A stretch of DNA of 64,000 nt, taken from positions 1 through 64,000 of the IMG/VR virus record IMGVR_UViG_3300023548_000002, one strand, 5' to 3'. This DNA comes from a virus. Positions 42,331 to 51,317 of this stretch are shown piece after piece. Made by a program: the position numbers and the translations under genes. How positions within the stretch are numbered: position 1 is the first letter of the stretch; the number at the start of each line of letters is the position of its first letter. The notes under the pieces are model-generated. The model had not been told where the DNA came from, did no database searches, and saw only the letters and a program-made list of their open reading frames with translations.

Positions 42331-42615
42331 TTACCATTGGTTTAGTGGACACTTGTTGGCTTTCTTAAATGATTTTATCTTTAGCTCTAATAAACATCCA
42401 CAGCCACATACTTTCTCTCCATTAACTTCCTTACACTTTTTTGGAGAACAAATGCCATTTACATTAAAATCACATCCTGAGCATTTCTCTATTCTCATAG
42501 ATATTTCCTCCATCTCCTCGGGAGACAGTAAGTCCATACTATGTTTTAGCTGGTTCATTACTGCCTCCATAAGAAGCGGAAAGGTCTGTATATATTTCTT
42601 AGCTTTCATTGGCAT
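42331..42615 (-). CDS. Small Zn-binding Cys-rich protein
   Basis: CxxC...C...CGC.L..K......CP..W pattern. Confidence 0.65.
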   Translation of the reverse strand: MPMKAKKYIQTFPLLMEAVMNQLKHSMDLLSPEEMEEISMRIEKCSGCDFNVNGICSPKKCKEVNGEKVCGCGCLLELKIKSFKKANKCPLNQW

Positions 42616-44242
42616 AATCGGGATGTAACATGTGTGCGTTATTAAATATGTTTTCCTTGTAATGAATTACTGCACTTGTGGTTGCTAACATCAGTGCTGT
42701 TGATACTGCATTCTTACAAGCACATACTATCACCTTAGCGGGGTCTATTATCCCTCTTTCTATCCCATCTACAAAGGTATCTGTTGAAAAGTCTATGGTC
42801 AGATTGAATCGCTCTTTCTCCATATTATTTTTAAACCACTTCTCTACTTTCTTTGTAGGCAAGGTAGAGTTATCTACTAAGGTTTCAAAGGGCTTTAATA
42901 AACTCTTCCCTAAAGCTACTAAGGCTTCCCGTTTATATGCTGGTAGTTCCTCTTCTTTGGCTTTTTGTATTAAGGCACTACCTAAATAAGCTAATAGTAT
43001 TCCTCCCCCTACTACATATCCCATCTCAAAGGTTGATTGCGTAGCTAAAATAGCATCTTCTACACGGTCTTTCTTCTCCGTAATCTCTACCTCAGTATAT
43101 CCTCCAACATATAAACGTGCTACTCCTTTAAAAAGCATTGCTAAACGCTCTCTATGTCTTTCATCTATTCCTTTTTCCGCCCTCTTGATAGTTTCCTCTA
43201 TGTAACTAATACGAGCTTCTATCTTTTCTTTATCTCCCTTACCGTTGATAATAGTAGTTTCCTTTGGAGAGATTATTACTTTCTCTGCTTCCCCCAATAT
43301 CTCTTTGTTTACTTTAAGCTTTTTCCCTTTGTTATTAAAGACTACTTTACACCCTAATAATACTCCTAAGTCTTCCATCATCAATATCTTCATATTCCCT
43401 ACTCCTGGGGGACGTAATACCGCTACTCTTACTCGCTGAGCTTTAGCATTCTCAAGAACAAAGTCCAGTGCTTCCCGCTCTAATTGTGAGGCAAATAGTA
43501 TTAAATCTCTCTTATTTTCTGCCGCTAAGTAAATTAAGTCGTATAAATCACTTGTTTGCTTATACTCCAAATCTGTTACTACAATCAGTGGATTGGTAAA
43601 TTCCGCAGTATCTCCATATATTGTTCTAAATAATGGATGTATGTAAGAATGCTCTACCACGGCTCCTCTTAGTAGTTCCGAGTAAGTCTTCCCTGTTTTA
43701 CTCTCTTCAATGAATATCTTACCATTTTTCCCTACTCTATATACCAACTTACCAATTATCTCCCCTAATTCTTTATCATTATTGGTAGATAGTGTTGCAA
43801 TTCGTATTAAATCTTGCTCTTCCTGTATTGTATGAGCAGTATTCTTAATCTCATCTATTACTACTTCTAATACCTCATCAATGACTTTCTTTATACTTGC
43901 CATCTTATACTTACTGTCAAGCTCTAATAGCAAGTTAAATAACTCCCTCATAATGATTGTGGAGGTGGTAGTCCCATCCCCCGCTTCTTCTACTGTCTTA
44001 GCTGCTGCTTCTTTGGCTATTTGTGCCCCTACATTAGCTAAACGGTCTTCTAAGAATATCTCATTGGCTACCGATACTCCATCTTTGGTTATTCGTGATT
44101 TATTATATACACGCTCCAATATGACATTCCTACCATTAGGACCAAGAGTCTGACTTACTGCATCTGCTAATATGTTTACTCCACATGCTAACCCTTTAGA
44201 GGCTTCATCGTTTAATTTTACTTCTCGCTCATCTGGAAACAT
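42599..44242 (-). CDS. groEL: Chaperonin GroEL
   Basis: TLGPNGRNV, ITKDGVSVA, AGDGTTT, KKDRVEDA, GYVVGGG and GIIDP.KV motifs. Confidence 0.95.
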   Translation of the reverse strand: MFPDEREVKLNDEASKGLACGVNILADAVSQTLGPNGRNVILERVYNKSRITKDGVSVANEIFLEDRLANVGAQIAKEAAAKTVEEAGDGTTTSTIIMRELFNLLLELDSKYKMASIKKVIDEVLEVVIDEIKNTAHTIQEEQDLIRIATLSTNNDKELGEIIGKLVYRVGKNGKIFIEESKTGKTYSELLRGAVVEHSYIHPLFRTIYGDTAEFTNPLIVVTDLEYKQTSDLYDLIYLAAENKRDLILFASQLEREALDFVLENAKAQRVRVAVLRPPGVGNMKILMMEDLGVLLGCKVVFNNKGKKLKVNKEILGEAEKVIISPKETTIINGKGDKEKIEARISYIEETIKRAEKGIDERHRERLAMLFKGVARLYVGGYTEVEITEKKDRVEDAILATQSTFEMGYVVGGGILLAYLGSALIQKAKEEELPAYKREALVALGKSLLKPFETLVDNSTLPTKKVEKWFKNNMEKERFNLTIDFSTDTFVDGIERGIIDPAKVIVCACKNAVSTALMLATTSAVIHYKENIFNNAHMLHPDYANES

Positions 44243-44245
44243 ATC

Positions 44246-44518
44246 TTAAGATTTTAAGTAAGCAATTACGTCGGTTTCTCGAAAGATTAAGTAAGGGTCG
44301 CCATTTACATAAATAGCAATAGGCATAGCATTTTCCATAATCAATACCTTATACCCCTCCCTAATCTCTGTTACATGATGTCCTGTTTTTAATACTTCCA
44401 AATAATTCACTTTCTTCTCTATTCCTACTAATTTGTCATCTTCCTGCTTTTCTTCTAAACTTGGTTTGATGATAAAGTGATTCCGCATTGGAATCGGTAA
44501 TTTCTCTGTTTTACTCAT
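44246..44518 (-). CDS. groES: Co-chaperonin GroES (divergent)
   Basis: 90 aa directly upstream of groEL. EV..TG..V..I..G.KVL and Y.IFRE.DVIA motifs. Confidence 0.75.
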   Translation of the reverse strand: MSKTEKLPIPMRNHFIIKPSLEEKQEDDKLVGIEKKVNYLEVLKTGHHVTEIREGYKVLIMENAMPIAIYVNGDPYLIFRETDVIAYLKS

Positions 44519-44792
44519 ATCCGTATTTTTCTTTTTGTTCTAAATATTCTAAATGCTCTAAGAGCACTTTCTGTACATCCCGATAACCCCCCTTTACATA
44601 AAAATTTCCTTGGGGAAGGATAATGATACAATAATCATCTCCACCTTCCTCCAAGGAAAAGTCATGAGTGAATGGTAATGTTACTTTGTAAGGTGTAGAG
44701 TATTTATCACTGGGATGCCCAGAATAAACAGTCATCTCTACTGTGTAATCACTTAGAAATTTCATCTCTCTGTTTTTTAAGCTGTCTCTCAC
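44511..44792 (-). CDS. Hypothetical protein
   Basis: ORF in the operon. True start may be slightly internal (MKFLSD). Confidence 0.5.
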   Translation of the reverse strand: MRDSLKNREMKFLSDYTVEMTVYSGHPSDKYSTPYKVTLPFTHDFSLEEGGDDYCIIILPQGNFYVKGGYRDVQKVLLEHLEYLEQKEKYGYE

Positions 44793-44991
44793 AAAGATAG
44801 TGATTTACTTTTATACTACCAAAATATTTTAATCTTAAATTCCCTGCATCTTCGTGAGATTCTACGTTAAACTCTTCCATAATTCGTTTTAATAACTTCC
44901 ACTGAGACAGATACACCTTCTGTGCTTCCTGCTCTGTAATATTGTATTCTTCCGCTATTTTCCTTAGTATTTTCTTTACTATAATATTCAT
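44749..44991 (-). CDS. HU/IHF-like DNA-binding protein
   Basis: ILRKIAEEYNITEQEA helices and LRLKYFGSIKV strand. Confidence 0.6.
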   Translation of the reverse strand: MNIIVKKILRKIAEEYNITEQEAQKVYLSQWKLLKRIMEEFNVESHEDAGNLRLKYFGSIKVNHYLCERQLKKQRDEISK

Positions 44992-45203
44992 TCTTCTCTA
45001 CTTATTAAATACCGTAGTCTCCATTTTCCTTCTACTGTCTTCTTTATCTGGTAATCTATCTGGTAATCCATCTCATACTCATTATTCATATCTATTACCT
45101 CTTGCTCTACCTTCTCTAATACTCTCTCAGCTTCTTCTTTTGTCTTAAACTCTTTCTGTGAACTAAATAAATTCATATATTGTTTCTTATGTTTATATAC
45201 CAC
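44988..45203 (-). CDS. Hypothetical protein
   Basis: Short overlapping ORF in the operon. Confidence 0.45.
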   Translation of the reverse strand: MVYKHKKQYMNLFSSQKEFKTKEEAERVLEKVEQEVIDMNNEYEMDYQIDYQIKKTVEGKWRLRYLISREE

Positions 45204-45472
45204 TCGTATTTTACAGGATTAAGTGATTCCGCCTGTATCTTATTTATCACCCCCTCTGATGACTTCGCTCTAAATAATACGTCCTCTCTGTGCATATTTG
45301 TATCTAATACATAATCATTTGCTTCCTTTGTAATAGGATACAATATCATACTCTCATTATCCTCCATTAACCCCCCATATACATACACATCCCCTACTAC
45401 ATAACTCCTAATGGTCGGAGTGAATATAATTATATCCCCCTTAATTAAATTCTCTGGTAAACTACAAGCCAT
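45173..45472 (-). CDS. Hypothetical protein
   Basis: 99-aa ORF overlapping its neighbours. Confidence 0.5.
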   Translation of the reverse strand: MACSLPENLIKGDIIIFTPTIRSYVVGDVYVYGGLMEDNESMILYPITKEANDYVLDTNMHREDVLFRAKSSEGVINKIQAESLNPVKYEWYINIRNNI

Positions 45473-45827
45473 TTCTCTTTATGTTAAATTGTAAAACTAT
45501 TTCATCTGTATGAGGACATCGTATCTTTGGATTTAACCTGTCATTCTTTAATATCCCCCTACTCCTTAACTTACTTAATACATTATTTACAGTATTATAA
45601 CTCGTCCCCAATCTATTAGCTATCTCATACCTATTCTCCTTGGTAAATATCAATAAACTTCTCCTATCCTCCTCAATAGCTCTATACTTATCATCATAAT
45701 ACATTATCTCCGCTAATACTTCTAATTCACGTGCACTCAACCCTAAATACCCATTTAATACTCTTAGGTACTGCTTGTAAAACTCTCTCCCCGTAGGTGC
45801 TACTGTCTCTTTACGTAATATCTTCAT
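45462..45827 (-). CDS. Winged helix-turn-helix protein
   Basis: LSARELEVL...RYEIANRLGTSYNTVNNVLSKLRSRGIL...LNP. Confidence 0.75.
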   Translation of the reverse strand: MKILRKETVAPTGREFYKQYLRVLNGYLGLSARELEVLAEIMYYDDKYRAIEEDRRSLLIFTKENRYEIANRLGTSYNTVNNVLSKLRSRGILKNDRLNPKIRCPHTDEIVLQFNIKRNGL

Positions 45828-45870
45828 ATTTAGTTATTTATGTTACTACCCATTTGGGTATATTTTACCC

Positions 45871-46194
45871 CTAAGGTGGTAGCTCCCGCTATCACATAAG
45901 AATAAAAACCGTTCCGTTCTTATTCCCTCTTTCAAGTAGTTAGTCCTGACTTCGCTGGTGATGTCCACAGTTTCTTATGTTCCCTGCGTCACGACCCTCA
46001 CGGGAGGCTTTCCCATGCCATGTAAAACCCGCCCGAAGCGTCCCAACTACTCTTATATCCCTATCGGAGAAAACTCCACCGCTATGTTCCTCTATTATTT
46101 CAAGAGCGCAGCTTACAATCCGACTTCTGGAGGGCTACCGCACCTTTTAGGCTCCTCACCCCCGTACTTTGGTATAAAGAATAGTCCACCTTAG
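45871..46194 (-). ncRNA. Candidate structured RNA/long 5' leader
   Basis: GC-enriched intergenic stretch closed by CTAAGGTGG (45871-79) / CCACCTTAG (46186-94). Inner pairing AGTAGTT (45935-41) / AACTACT (46045-51) and several local hairpins. Confidence 0.5.
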
Positions 46195-46270
46195 TAACCT
46201 TATAGCTACTAAGTAAATTCTTTATCATTATGTATCTGAACTATTCCCTTGGAAAACCAAAGGGGATGAG

Positions 46271-46302
46271 CAAATATACTAAATAATATTTATTATTCCA
46301 AG
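46271..46302 (-). promoter_or_regulatory. Bacteroidota sigma70-type promoter for the leftward operon
   Basis: -7 box TATATTTG at 46278-46271 and TTG about 20 nt upstream. Confidence 0.6.
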
Positions 46303-46529
46303 AAAAAATTAAATTATTTTTTAAAAATGTGCTTATAAGTAGGACAACTTGCTGTAAATGAGTAAGATAGATTGTTGAAAAAAAAATTTATTTTTTTTTT
46401 TGAAAGGCATTCTGAAAATTTTTTGTGCACCCCGACGAGAGGGGACTACCCCCCAAGACCACCCCAGGGTCGCATGCGCAGGGGAATATACCCCACATCC
46501 AACCTCGTAACCCATTAAATCTATATATT

Positions 46530-46736
46530 ATGAAAAAGTTCAAGTTAAAATTAGTCGAGGTTACGCAAAAAGAAGAGGTGGTAGTCGCCAAGTTCGTAAT
46601 GTCTAACGACCTTGGTCGATGCTTCGTCTGGGGATTTTATGTGCCAGGTGCTACGCCGCCTGAACAGCTCACAGTCTCCGCTGACGCTATCATCGTCAAC
46701 AACGGCTTCCGCCATCTCGACCCGACTAAGGCATGA
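46530..46736 (+). CDS. First rightward early gene, hypothetical 68 aa
   Basis: ATG after an AT-rich leader (MKKFKLKLVEV...), followed by a strong terminator. Confidence 0.65.
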   Translation: MKKFKLKLVEVTQKEEVVVAKFVMSNDLGRCFVWGFYVPGATPPEQLTVSADAIIVNNGFRHLDPTKA

Positions 46737-46741
46737 CGCCA

Positions 46742-46763
46742 GCCCCCTTCGGGGGCTTTTTTC
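46742..46763 (+). terminator. Intrinsic terminator
   Basis: GCCCCC-TTC-GGGGGC followed by TTTTTT. Confidence 0.85.
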
Positions 46764-46834
46764 TCTTGTCAATTCCTGAATAAGTTCGATTTTTTATATA
46801 TCTATCTTTTCTAACTTATTAATAAATTAATAAG

Positions 46835-46897
46835 GGATTACGCTTGGTAACTCATGGATAAGTTAAAAAGGATTACGCACGGTAACGCATGGATAAG
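46835..46897 (+). repeat. Imperfect tandem direct repeat, 35-nt period
   Basis: GGATTACGCTTGGTAACTCATGGATAAG / GGATTACGCACGGTAACGCATGGATAAG. Confidence 0.8.
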
Positions 46898-47114
46898 GGA
46901 AGAATGGTCGCTAAGCCCCTCCGCCCCTGAATACTCCGTCTCAGTCCTAACGAATAAGCCATTTCATACTTATTCATAGACCTTTTCTCTGCTCTATTTC
47001 CTTCCAAGAGAGCAAGAACTACTTGATATTAAGAATATTTCAACTATTTTCGCTAATAGTAAGGAAATAAAAACTTGTAAAAAATTAATTAATCACCAAA
47101 AAAACCTTAAAGCT

Positions 47115-47735
47115 ATGGGAACAACAGACTTAACAGCACTCGAAAAATTCATTGAAAAGTATTCTGATAAAGTTAATTGGAGTGAAATTTCAGAACATAA
47201 AAAACTATCGGAAGAGTTCATTGAGAAATATTCTGATAAAGTTAATTGGTATTGGATTTCACTCTATCAAAAATTATCAGAAGAATTTATTGATAAACAT
47301 TCTGATAAAGTTGATTGGTATTGGATTTCAAAATATCAAGAATTATCAGAAGAATTTATTGAAAATTACTCTAATAAAATTAATTGGAAACAGATTTCAA
47401 AATATCAAAAATTATCTGAAAAATTTATCGAGAAACATTCTGACAAAATTGATTGGAGACAAATTTCAGAATATCAAAAATTGTCTGAAAATTTTATTGA
47501 AAAGTATAAAGACAAAATTGATTGGGAACATATTTCAGCTTACCAAAAATTATCTGAAGAATTTATTGAAAAACATTCAGATAAGGTTGATTGGTATTAT
47601 ATTTCAATGCACCAAGAATTATCTGAAAAATTCATTGAGAATCATTCTGATAAAGTTAATTGGAAATGGATTTCAGCTTGCCAGAAATTATCAGAAGAAT
47701 TCATTGAAAAGCATTCTGATAAATTAACTAAATAA
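47115..47735 (+). CDS. Tryptophan-repeat protein 1 (8 x 23-aa repeats)
   Basis: Repeat LSEEFIEKHSDKVDWxxISxxQK. Confidence 0.9.
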   Translation: MGTTDLTALEKFIEKYSDKVNWSEISEHKKLSEEFIEKYSDKVNWYWISLYQKLSEEFIDKHSDKVDWYWISKYQELSEEFIENYSNKINWKQISKYQKLSEKFIEKHSDKIDWRQISEYQKLSENFIEKYKDKIDWEHISAYQKLSEEFIEKHSDKVDWYYISMHQELSEKFIENHSDKVNWKWISACQKLSEEFIEKHSDKLTK

Positions 47736-47746
47736 AAATAAAAGCT

Positions 47747-48295
47747 ATGAAAACAACAGAATTAAAAAATCTCGAAGAATTTATTGAGAAACACCCCAAT
47801 ATAGTTAATTGGAGTGAAATTTCAAAATATCAAAAATTATCTGAAAAAATTATTGAAAAACATTCTGATAAAGTTGATTGGTTTTGGATTTCGATTAAGC
47901 AAAAATTATCGGAGGAATTTATTGAAAAGTATTCTGATAAAGTTAATTGGTATTATATTTCAATTCACCAAGATTTATCTGAAAATTTCATTGAAAAGTA
48001 TTCAAATAAAGTTGATTGGAGTGAAATTTCAGCTTACCAGAAACTATCGGAGGAATTTATTGAAAAGTATTCAGATAAAGTTGATTGGTATTGGATTTCA
48101 GCTTACCAGAAATTATCGGAGGAATTCATTGAGAAGCATTCTGATAAAGTTGATTGGAAATGGATTTCAGCTTGCCAGAAATTATCGGAGGAATTTATTG
48201 AGAATCATTCTGATAAGGTTGATTGGTATTGGATTTCAGCTTACCAGAAATTATCAGAGGAATTTATCGAAAAACATTCTGATAAACTCGGTTAA
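47747..48295 (+). CDS. Tryptophan-repeat protein 2 (7 repeats)
   Basis: Same 23-aa repeat, 11-nt spacer from gene 1. Confidence 0.9.
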   Translation: MKTTELKNLEEFIEKHPNIVNWSEISKYQKLSEKIIEKHSDKVDWFWISIKQKLSEEFIEKYSDKVNWYYISIHQDLSENFIEKYSNKVDWSEISAYQKLSEEFIEKYSDKVDWYWISAYQKLSEEFIEKHSDKVDWKWISACQKLSEEFIENHSDKVDWYWISAYQKLSEEFIEKHSDKLG

Positions 48296-48452
48296 ATATA
48301 TAAAGGAGATTATTATCTCTGGTGGCAGCAGATAATTTCATTATCTGCCTTCAACAGTTAAAAGCTGTTGTCGTAACATAGTATTATTACTATGTATTGT
48401 GCGACTCTTCCTAACTTGGAAGAGTGATATATTAACCCAAAAATCATATATT

Positions 48453-48605
48453 ATGGCACGCATTTTATTCATCGACCCTCGTACAGGGTTATTAACTTCA
48501 TTCAATCCACGTAAAAAAGGGGATGAATGGGCAAAGAACCCAGACAAAGTTAAAGAAGAATCTTTCAAAGCTCTGAAAGACCTCAAAAAGAAAAAAAGAT
48601 ATTAA
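48453..48605 (+). CDS. Small basic hypothetical protein
   Basis: ATG (MARILFIDP) after an A/T-rich leader. Confidence 0.5.
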   Translation: MARILFIDPRTGLLTSFNPRKKGDEWAKNPDKVKEESFKALKDLKKKKRY

Positions 48606-48621
48606 TTTAAATCTCAGAGCT

Positions 48622-48837
48622 ATGAAAAAAGTAAGAAACTTCAAAAACAAAAAGGGGTTCTTTCGTGTAAACCCCAGAAACGATTTACAAATGGTAAAAG
48701 AGGGATTACGTCCCCCTCGATTAACCCTTGACAGGACAATATTCAGAAAGACAGATGCCGAGCGGTATCTATTGAAACAATTAAAGAAAAATTGCCAAGG
48801 CATGATTGGTAGAACTATCAAATATCGTGCAATTTAA
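48622..48837 (+). CDS. Small basic hypothetical protein
   Basis: 71 aa with GCTATG start context shared with neighbouring early genes. Confidence 0.55.
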   Translation: MKKVRNFKNKKGFFRVNPRNDLQMVKEGLRPPRLTLDRTIFRKTDAERYLLKQLKKNCQGMIGRTIKYRAI

Positions 48838-49117
48838 CTATGTTATTAACAGGGGAAAAGCACTGATACCCAAAATAAGTCCTAAGTGCATAGGCAGTAT
48901 TAATATGATAGGTGTATTAGGAATAATAGGAATTATTGCTTTAGCAGTATTACGAGCTACAGCACATCAATAGACTGAAAGCTCTCTGAAAGGACGCAGA
49001 TGTGGAAAAACAGAATCCAATCTCACTGAGTAAGAGAGCAGTAGGGGAGAAGAGAGAGAACTCGTTAAAACTCACAAATAAACTCTAATTAAAAACCAAA
49101 CAAAAATCATTAAAACT

Positions 49118-49576
49118 ATGGGAAAATTAATCATGAAAGCCCATCCTGAAACAGGAGTATTGGGCACTGAAGCAACTTTAAGCAATGGTAACAAAGGAGC
49201 ATGGGTTCGAGTTGAGCAATCCACTGTTCAAATAAATAACGGCTTTATTGAAGAGCGAAAACGAGTAGCATTTGCTTTCGTTCCCGATGCCCTTAAAGCT
49301 CAAATATTGGACGGTAAGAAAGATGGTGATGAATTTCCTTTGGAAGGAAAAATTGTCATCAAAGAAGCGTTACAACCTTTCTACGAAGGACAAGAACCCA
49401 AACGTGCAGGAGAAGATGGAGGTATCTGCGTAAAAAATGGTCGTCCTATCTACCGTCAAATAGTATTTACCTCAAACATGGCGGAAGAAGATGAATTAAT
49501 TCCCCACGATGCTATTGTGGAGAGTTTAGCATCTTTAGAAGCTACACAAGATACCAATTCTGCTGAAGAGCTGTAA
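49118..49576 (+). CDS. Hypothetical beta-rich protein with acidic tail (possible OB-fold/SSB-like)
   Basis: 152 aa, A-rich leader, acidic C-terminus. Fold is inference. Confidence 0.55.
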   Translation: MGKLIMKAHPETGVLGTEATLSNGNKGAWVRVEQSTVQINNGFIEERKRVAFAFVPDALKAQILDGKKDGDEFPLEGKIVIKEALQPFYEGQEPKRAGEDGGICVKNGRPIYRQIVFTSNMAEEDELIPHDAIVESLASLEATQDTNSAEEL

Positions 49577-49582
49577 TTGGTC

Positions 49583-49627
49583 AGGGATTATGGTAATAAA
49601 GGGAGGTTCGATTCCTCCCAATCCCTC
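49583..49627 (+). ncRNA. tRNA-like minihelix (acceptor stem + T arm only)
   Basis: AGGGATT/AATCCCT 7-bp stem enclosing GGGAGG-TTCGATT-CCTCCC. No anticodon arm. Confidence 0.5.
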
Positions 49628-49728
49628 TAAATCCAAAAGTAACCCCATATAATGTATAGTGTTGTATTTCCAGAAAATTACCACAGAGTAGATGGGGTGA
49701 AATTGGATTTATACAGGTTTAATGGGTG

Positions 49729-49767
49729 AACCCATTAGCATCCAACGGATGTTAATGGGTTTTTTTT
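49729..49767 (+). terminator. Intrinsic terminator
   Basis: ACCCATTAGCATCC-aac-GGATGTTAATGGGT followed by a T-run. Confidence 0.85.
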
Positions 49768-49915
49768 GTTTTAAATTAAAATAAGATACATTCTACCCAA
49801 CAATCTTTCACCATCCACCCAACACTCTATGAATTCCCCAACCTCTTTTCAGCAATAACCCATTTTACACACATTTACAAAATTTATTTATTTAATATAC
49901 TAAAAGCAATATACA

Positions 49916-50182
49916 ATGGAGAAACTGCACACACAACCAAAAGTAATAGCCTTTTCTTCCTCAATAGATGAAGAAAAACAATTCCTTTACACCAACTTTG
50001 AATTTATTGGAGAACCAGAAAATGGAGATGTCTTTGTAACAGAAAACCAGATAGAATTATTAGAAGAATGGTTACAACAAGTAAGAGAAGAAGATAATAA
50101 AGTTATCGAAGAACTATTAACCACACTCATACACCATATAAAGAAAGAGAACTACAATCTTATTATTATTTATACATTTTAA
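49916..50182 (+). CDS. Acidic hypothetical protein
   Basis: 88-aa ORF with A-rich leader. Confidence 0.6.
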   Translation: MEKLHTQPKVIAFSSSIDEEKQFLYTNFEFIGEPENGDVFVTENQIELLEEWLQQVREEDNKVIEELLTTLIHHIKKENYNLIIIYTF

Positions 50183-50187
50183 CAAGA

Positions 50188-50409
50188 ATGCTTATGGATA
50201 TAAAAAGAGCAATAGAAATTCTCAAACAGTATAATAAATGGAGAACTGATAAAGAAATACCATCAGTAAAAAAGATGCCACGTCCTTGTGAGATTACAGA
50301 AGCTATAAATACAGTCGTTGGAACATATACCCTCTTTGAATTCATGCGAGATAAAAATGGGGTAGCATTAACATTTGATGAACTTGGGGAAATATTGGGG
50401 AATAAATAG
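50188..50409 (+). CDS. Hypothetical phage protein
   Basis: AIEILKQYNKWR...P.EITEAI pattern. Confidence 0.6.
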   Translation: MLMDIKRAIEILKQYNKWRTDKEIPSVKKMPRPCEITEAINTVVGTYTLFEFMRDKNGVALTFDELGEILGNK

Positions 50410-50417
50410 TATATTTG
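50410..50417 (+). promoter_or_regulatory. Bacteroidota-type -7 box upstream of the cassette-like array
   Basis: TATATTTG in the intergenic gap before ORF 50488. Confidence 0.45.
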
Positions 50418-50487
50418 CATTATAAGGGTTATGGTCATTATAGTGAATAGCGTAATTATGTATTTAATAACTTAAAATTTAAATAAA

Positions 50488-50769
50488 ATGACAGAAGACG
50501 CAAAAAAAGTATGGAAAATAATGGAAGAAGATTTTGGCTGGAGTAATAAACCTAAGGATTTTCATTTAGAATATTTTGAAGATATTATAAAAGCTACCAA
50601 GAAAGCATTAACTTTAAACGTAGTTAGCCGAAGTTTACTAAGTGAATATGATATAGGTATAATTAGCGACTATGGTGTAGGGAATGTAGAATGGTGGCAA
50701 AATTATGTAAGAGAAGAAGTAGCGAGATGTAATGATTACTGGGTATCGCAATTACAAGACGGGGATTAA
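50488..50769 (+). CDS. Hypothetical cassette-like ORF
   Basis: 93 aa, internal KALTLNVVSRSL junction-type peptide. Confidence 0.65.
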   Translation: MTEDAKKVWKIMEEDFGWSNKPKDFHLEYFEDIIKATKKALTLNVVSRSLLSEYDIGIISDYGVGNVEWWQNYVREEVARCNDYWVSQLQDGD

Positions 50770-50855
50770 CTTAATGGCAAAGGCACGCTAACAAATTTGT
50801 ATAAGCGTAATTGTGTATTTAATAACTTAAAATAATAACACAAAAATTTAGAATT

Positions 50856-51044
50856 ATGGGACAAATAATTTATCAAACAATTTACACCTGCGATTTATGC
50901 GGAAAAACTCCTGAAGATGGTGAGAAATTATGGCACATGGGAAATGAAGTATGGTGTGAAGAATGTTGTAATAAATCTTATTATGAAGACGATGAAGACG
51001 ATGAAGATGACAATTGTGATGCAACCGAAAGTGATATTTATTAA
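50856..51044 (+). CDS. Small Zn-finger protein with acidic tail
   Basis: CDLC...CEEC then D/E run. Confidence 0.65.
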   Translation: MGQIIYQTIYTCDLCGKTPEDGEKLWHMGNEVWCEECCNKSYYEDDEDDEDDNCDATESDIY

Positions 51045-51107
51045 TTACGCATAACGAATTTGTATAAGCGTAATTGTGTATTTAATAACTTAAAATAAAA
51101 AAAGATT

Positions 51108-51317
51108 ATGGCTGGAATTAATTACATAAACGAACAACAAGAAGGTGTAAGAGATTTGAAATTTAACCCAAATGCTGATATTCCAACAAAACTTGGGTAT
51201 AGTTATTATCAATCGGATACAAATAATATTTGGTTTGTAAAAAGAACAAAAGACCAAAAAATTATAGCCTCATTTGTGGAAAAGAAACACTTAATTCTTT
51301 TCTTAAATGCACTATAA
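51108..51317 (+). CDS. Hypothetical cassette-like ORF
   Basis: 69 aa. Stop codon lies inside CTATAAC. Confidence 0.6.
   Translation: MAGINYINEQQEGVRDLKFNPNADIPTKLGYSYYQSDTNNIWFVKRTKDQKIIASFVEKKHLILFLNAL

Noticed and set aside
1530-45148. Many short plus-strand ORFs in the structural region
   Set aside because: They lie antisense to long, motif-supported minus-strand genes.
4133-45827. Stop-codon reassignment, introns or inteins as seen in some Crassvirales
   Set aside because: TerL, portal, MCP and cargo genes are full-length and densely packed in the standard code, with no evident insertions or suppressor tRNA.
45958-46194. 78-aa plus-strand ORF
   Set aside because: Atypical composition, weak start, and opposite to the identified promoter. 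Better explained as non-coding.
49583-49627. Canonical tRNA gene
   Set aside because: Only 11 nt between acceptor and T stems, leaving no room for D and anticodon arms.
50449-51098. Mini-CRISPR interpretation of the 42-bp repeats
   Set aside because: The repeats are separated by whole ORFs of 190-280 bp, not 30-40-nt spacers.
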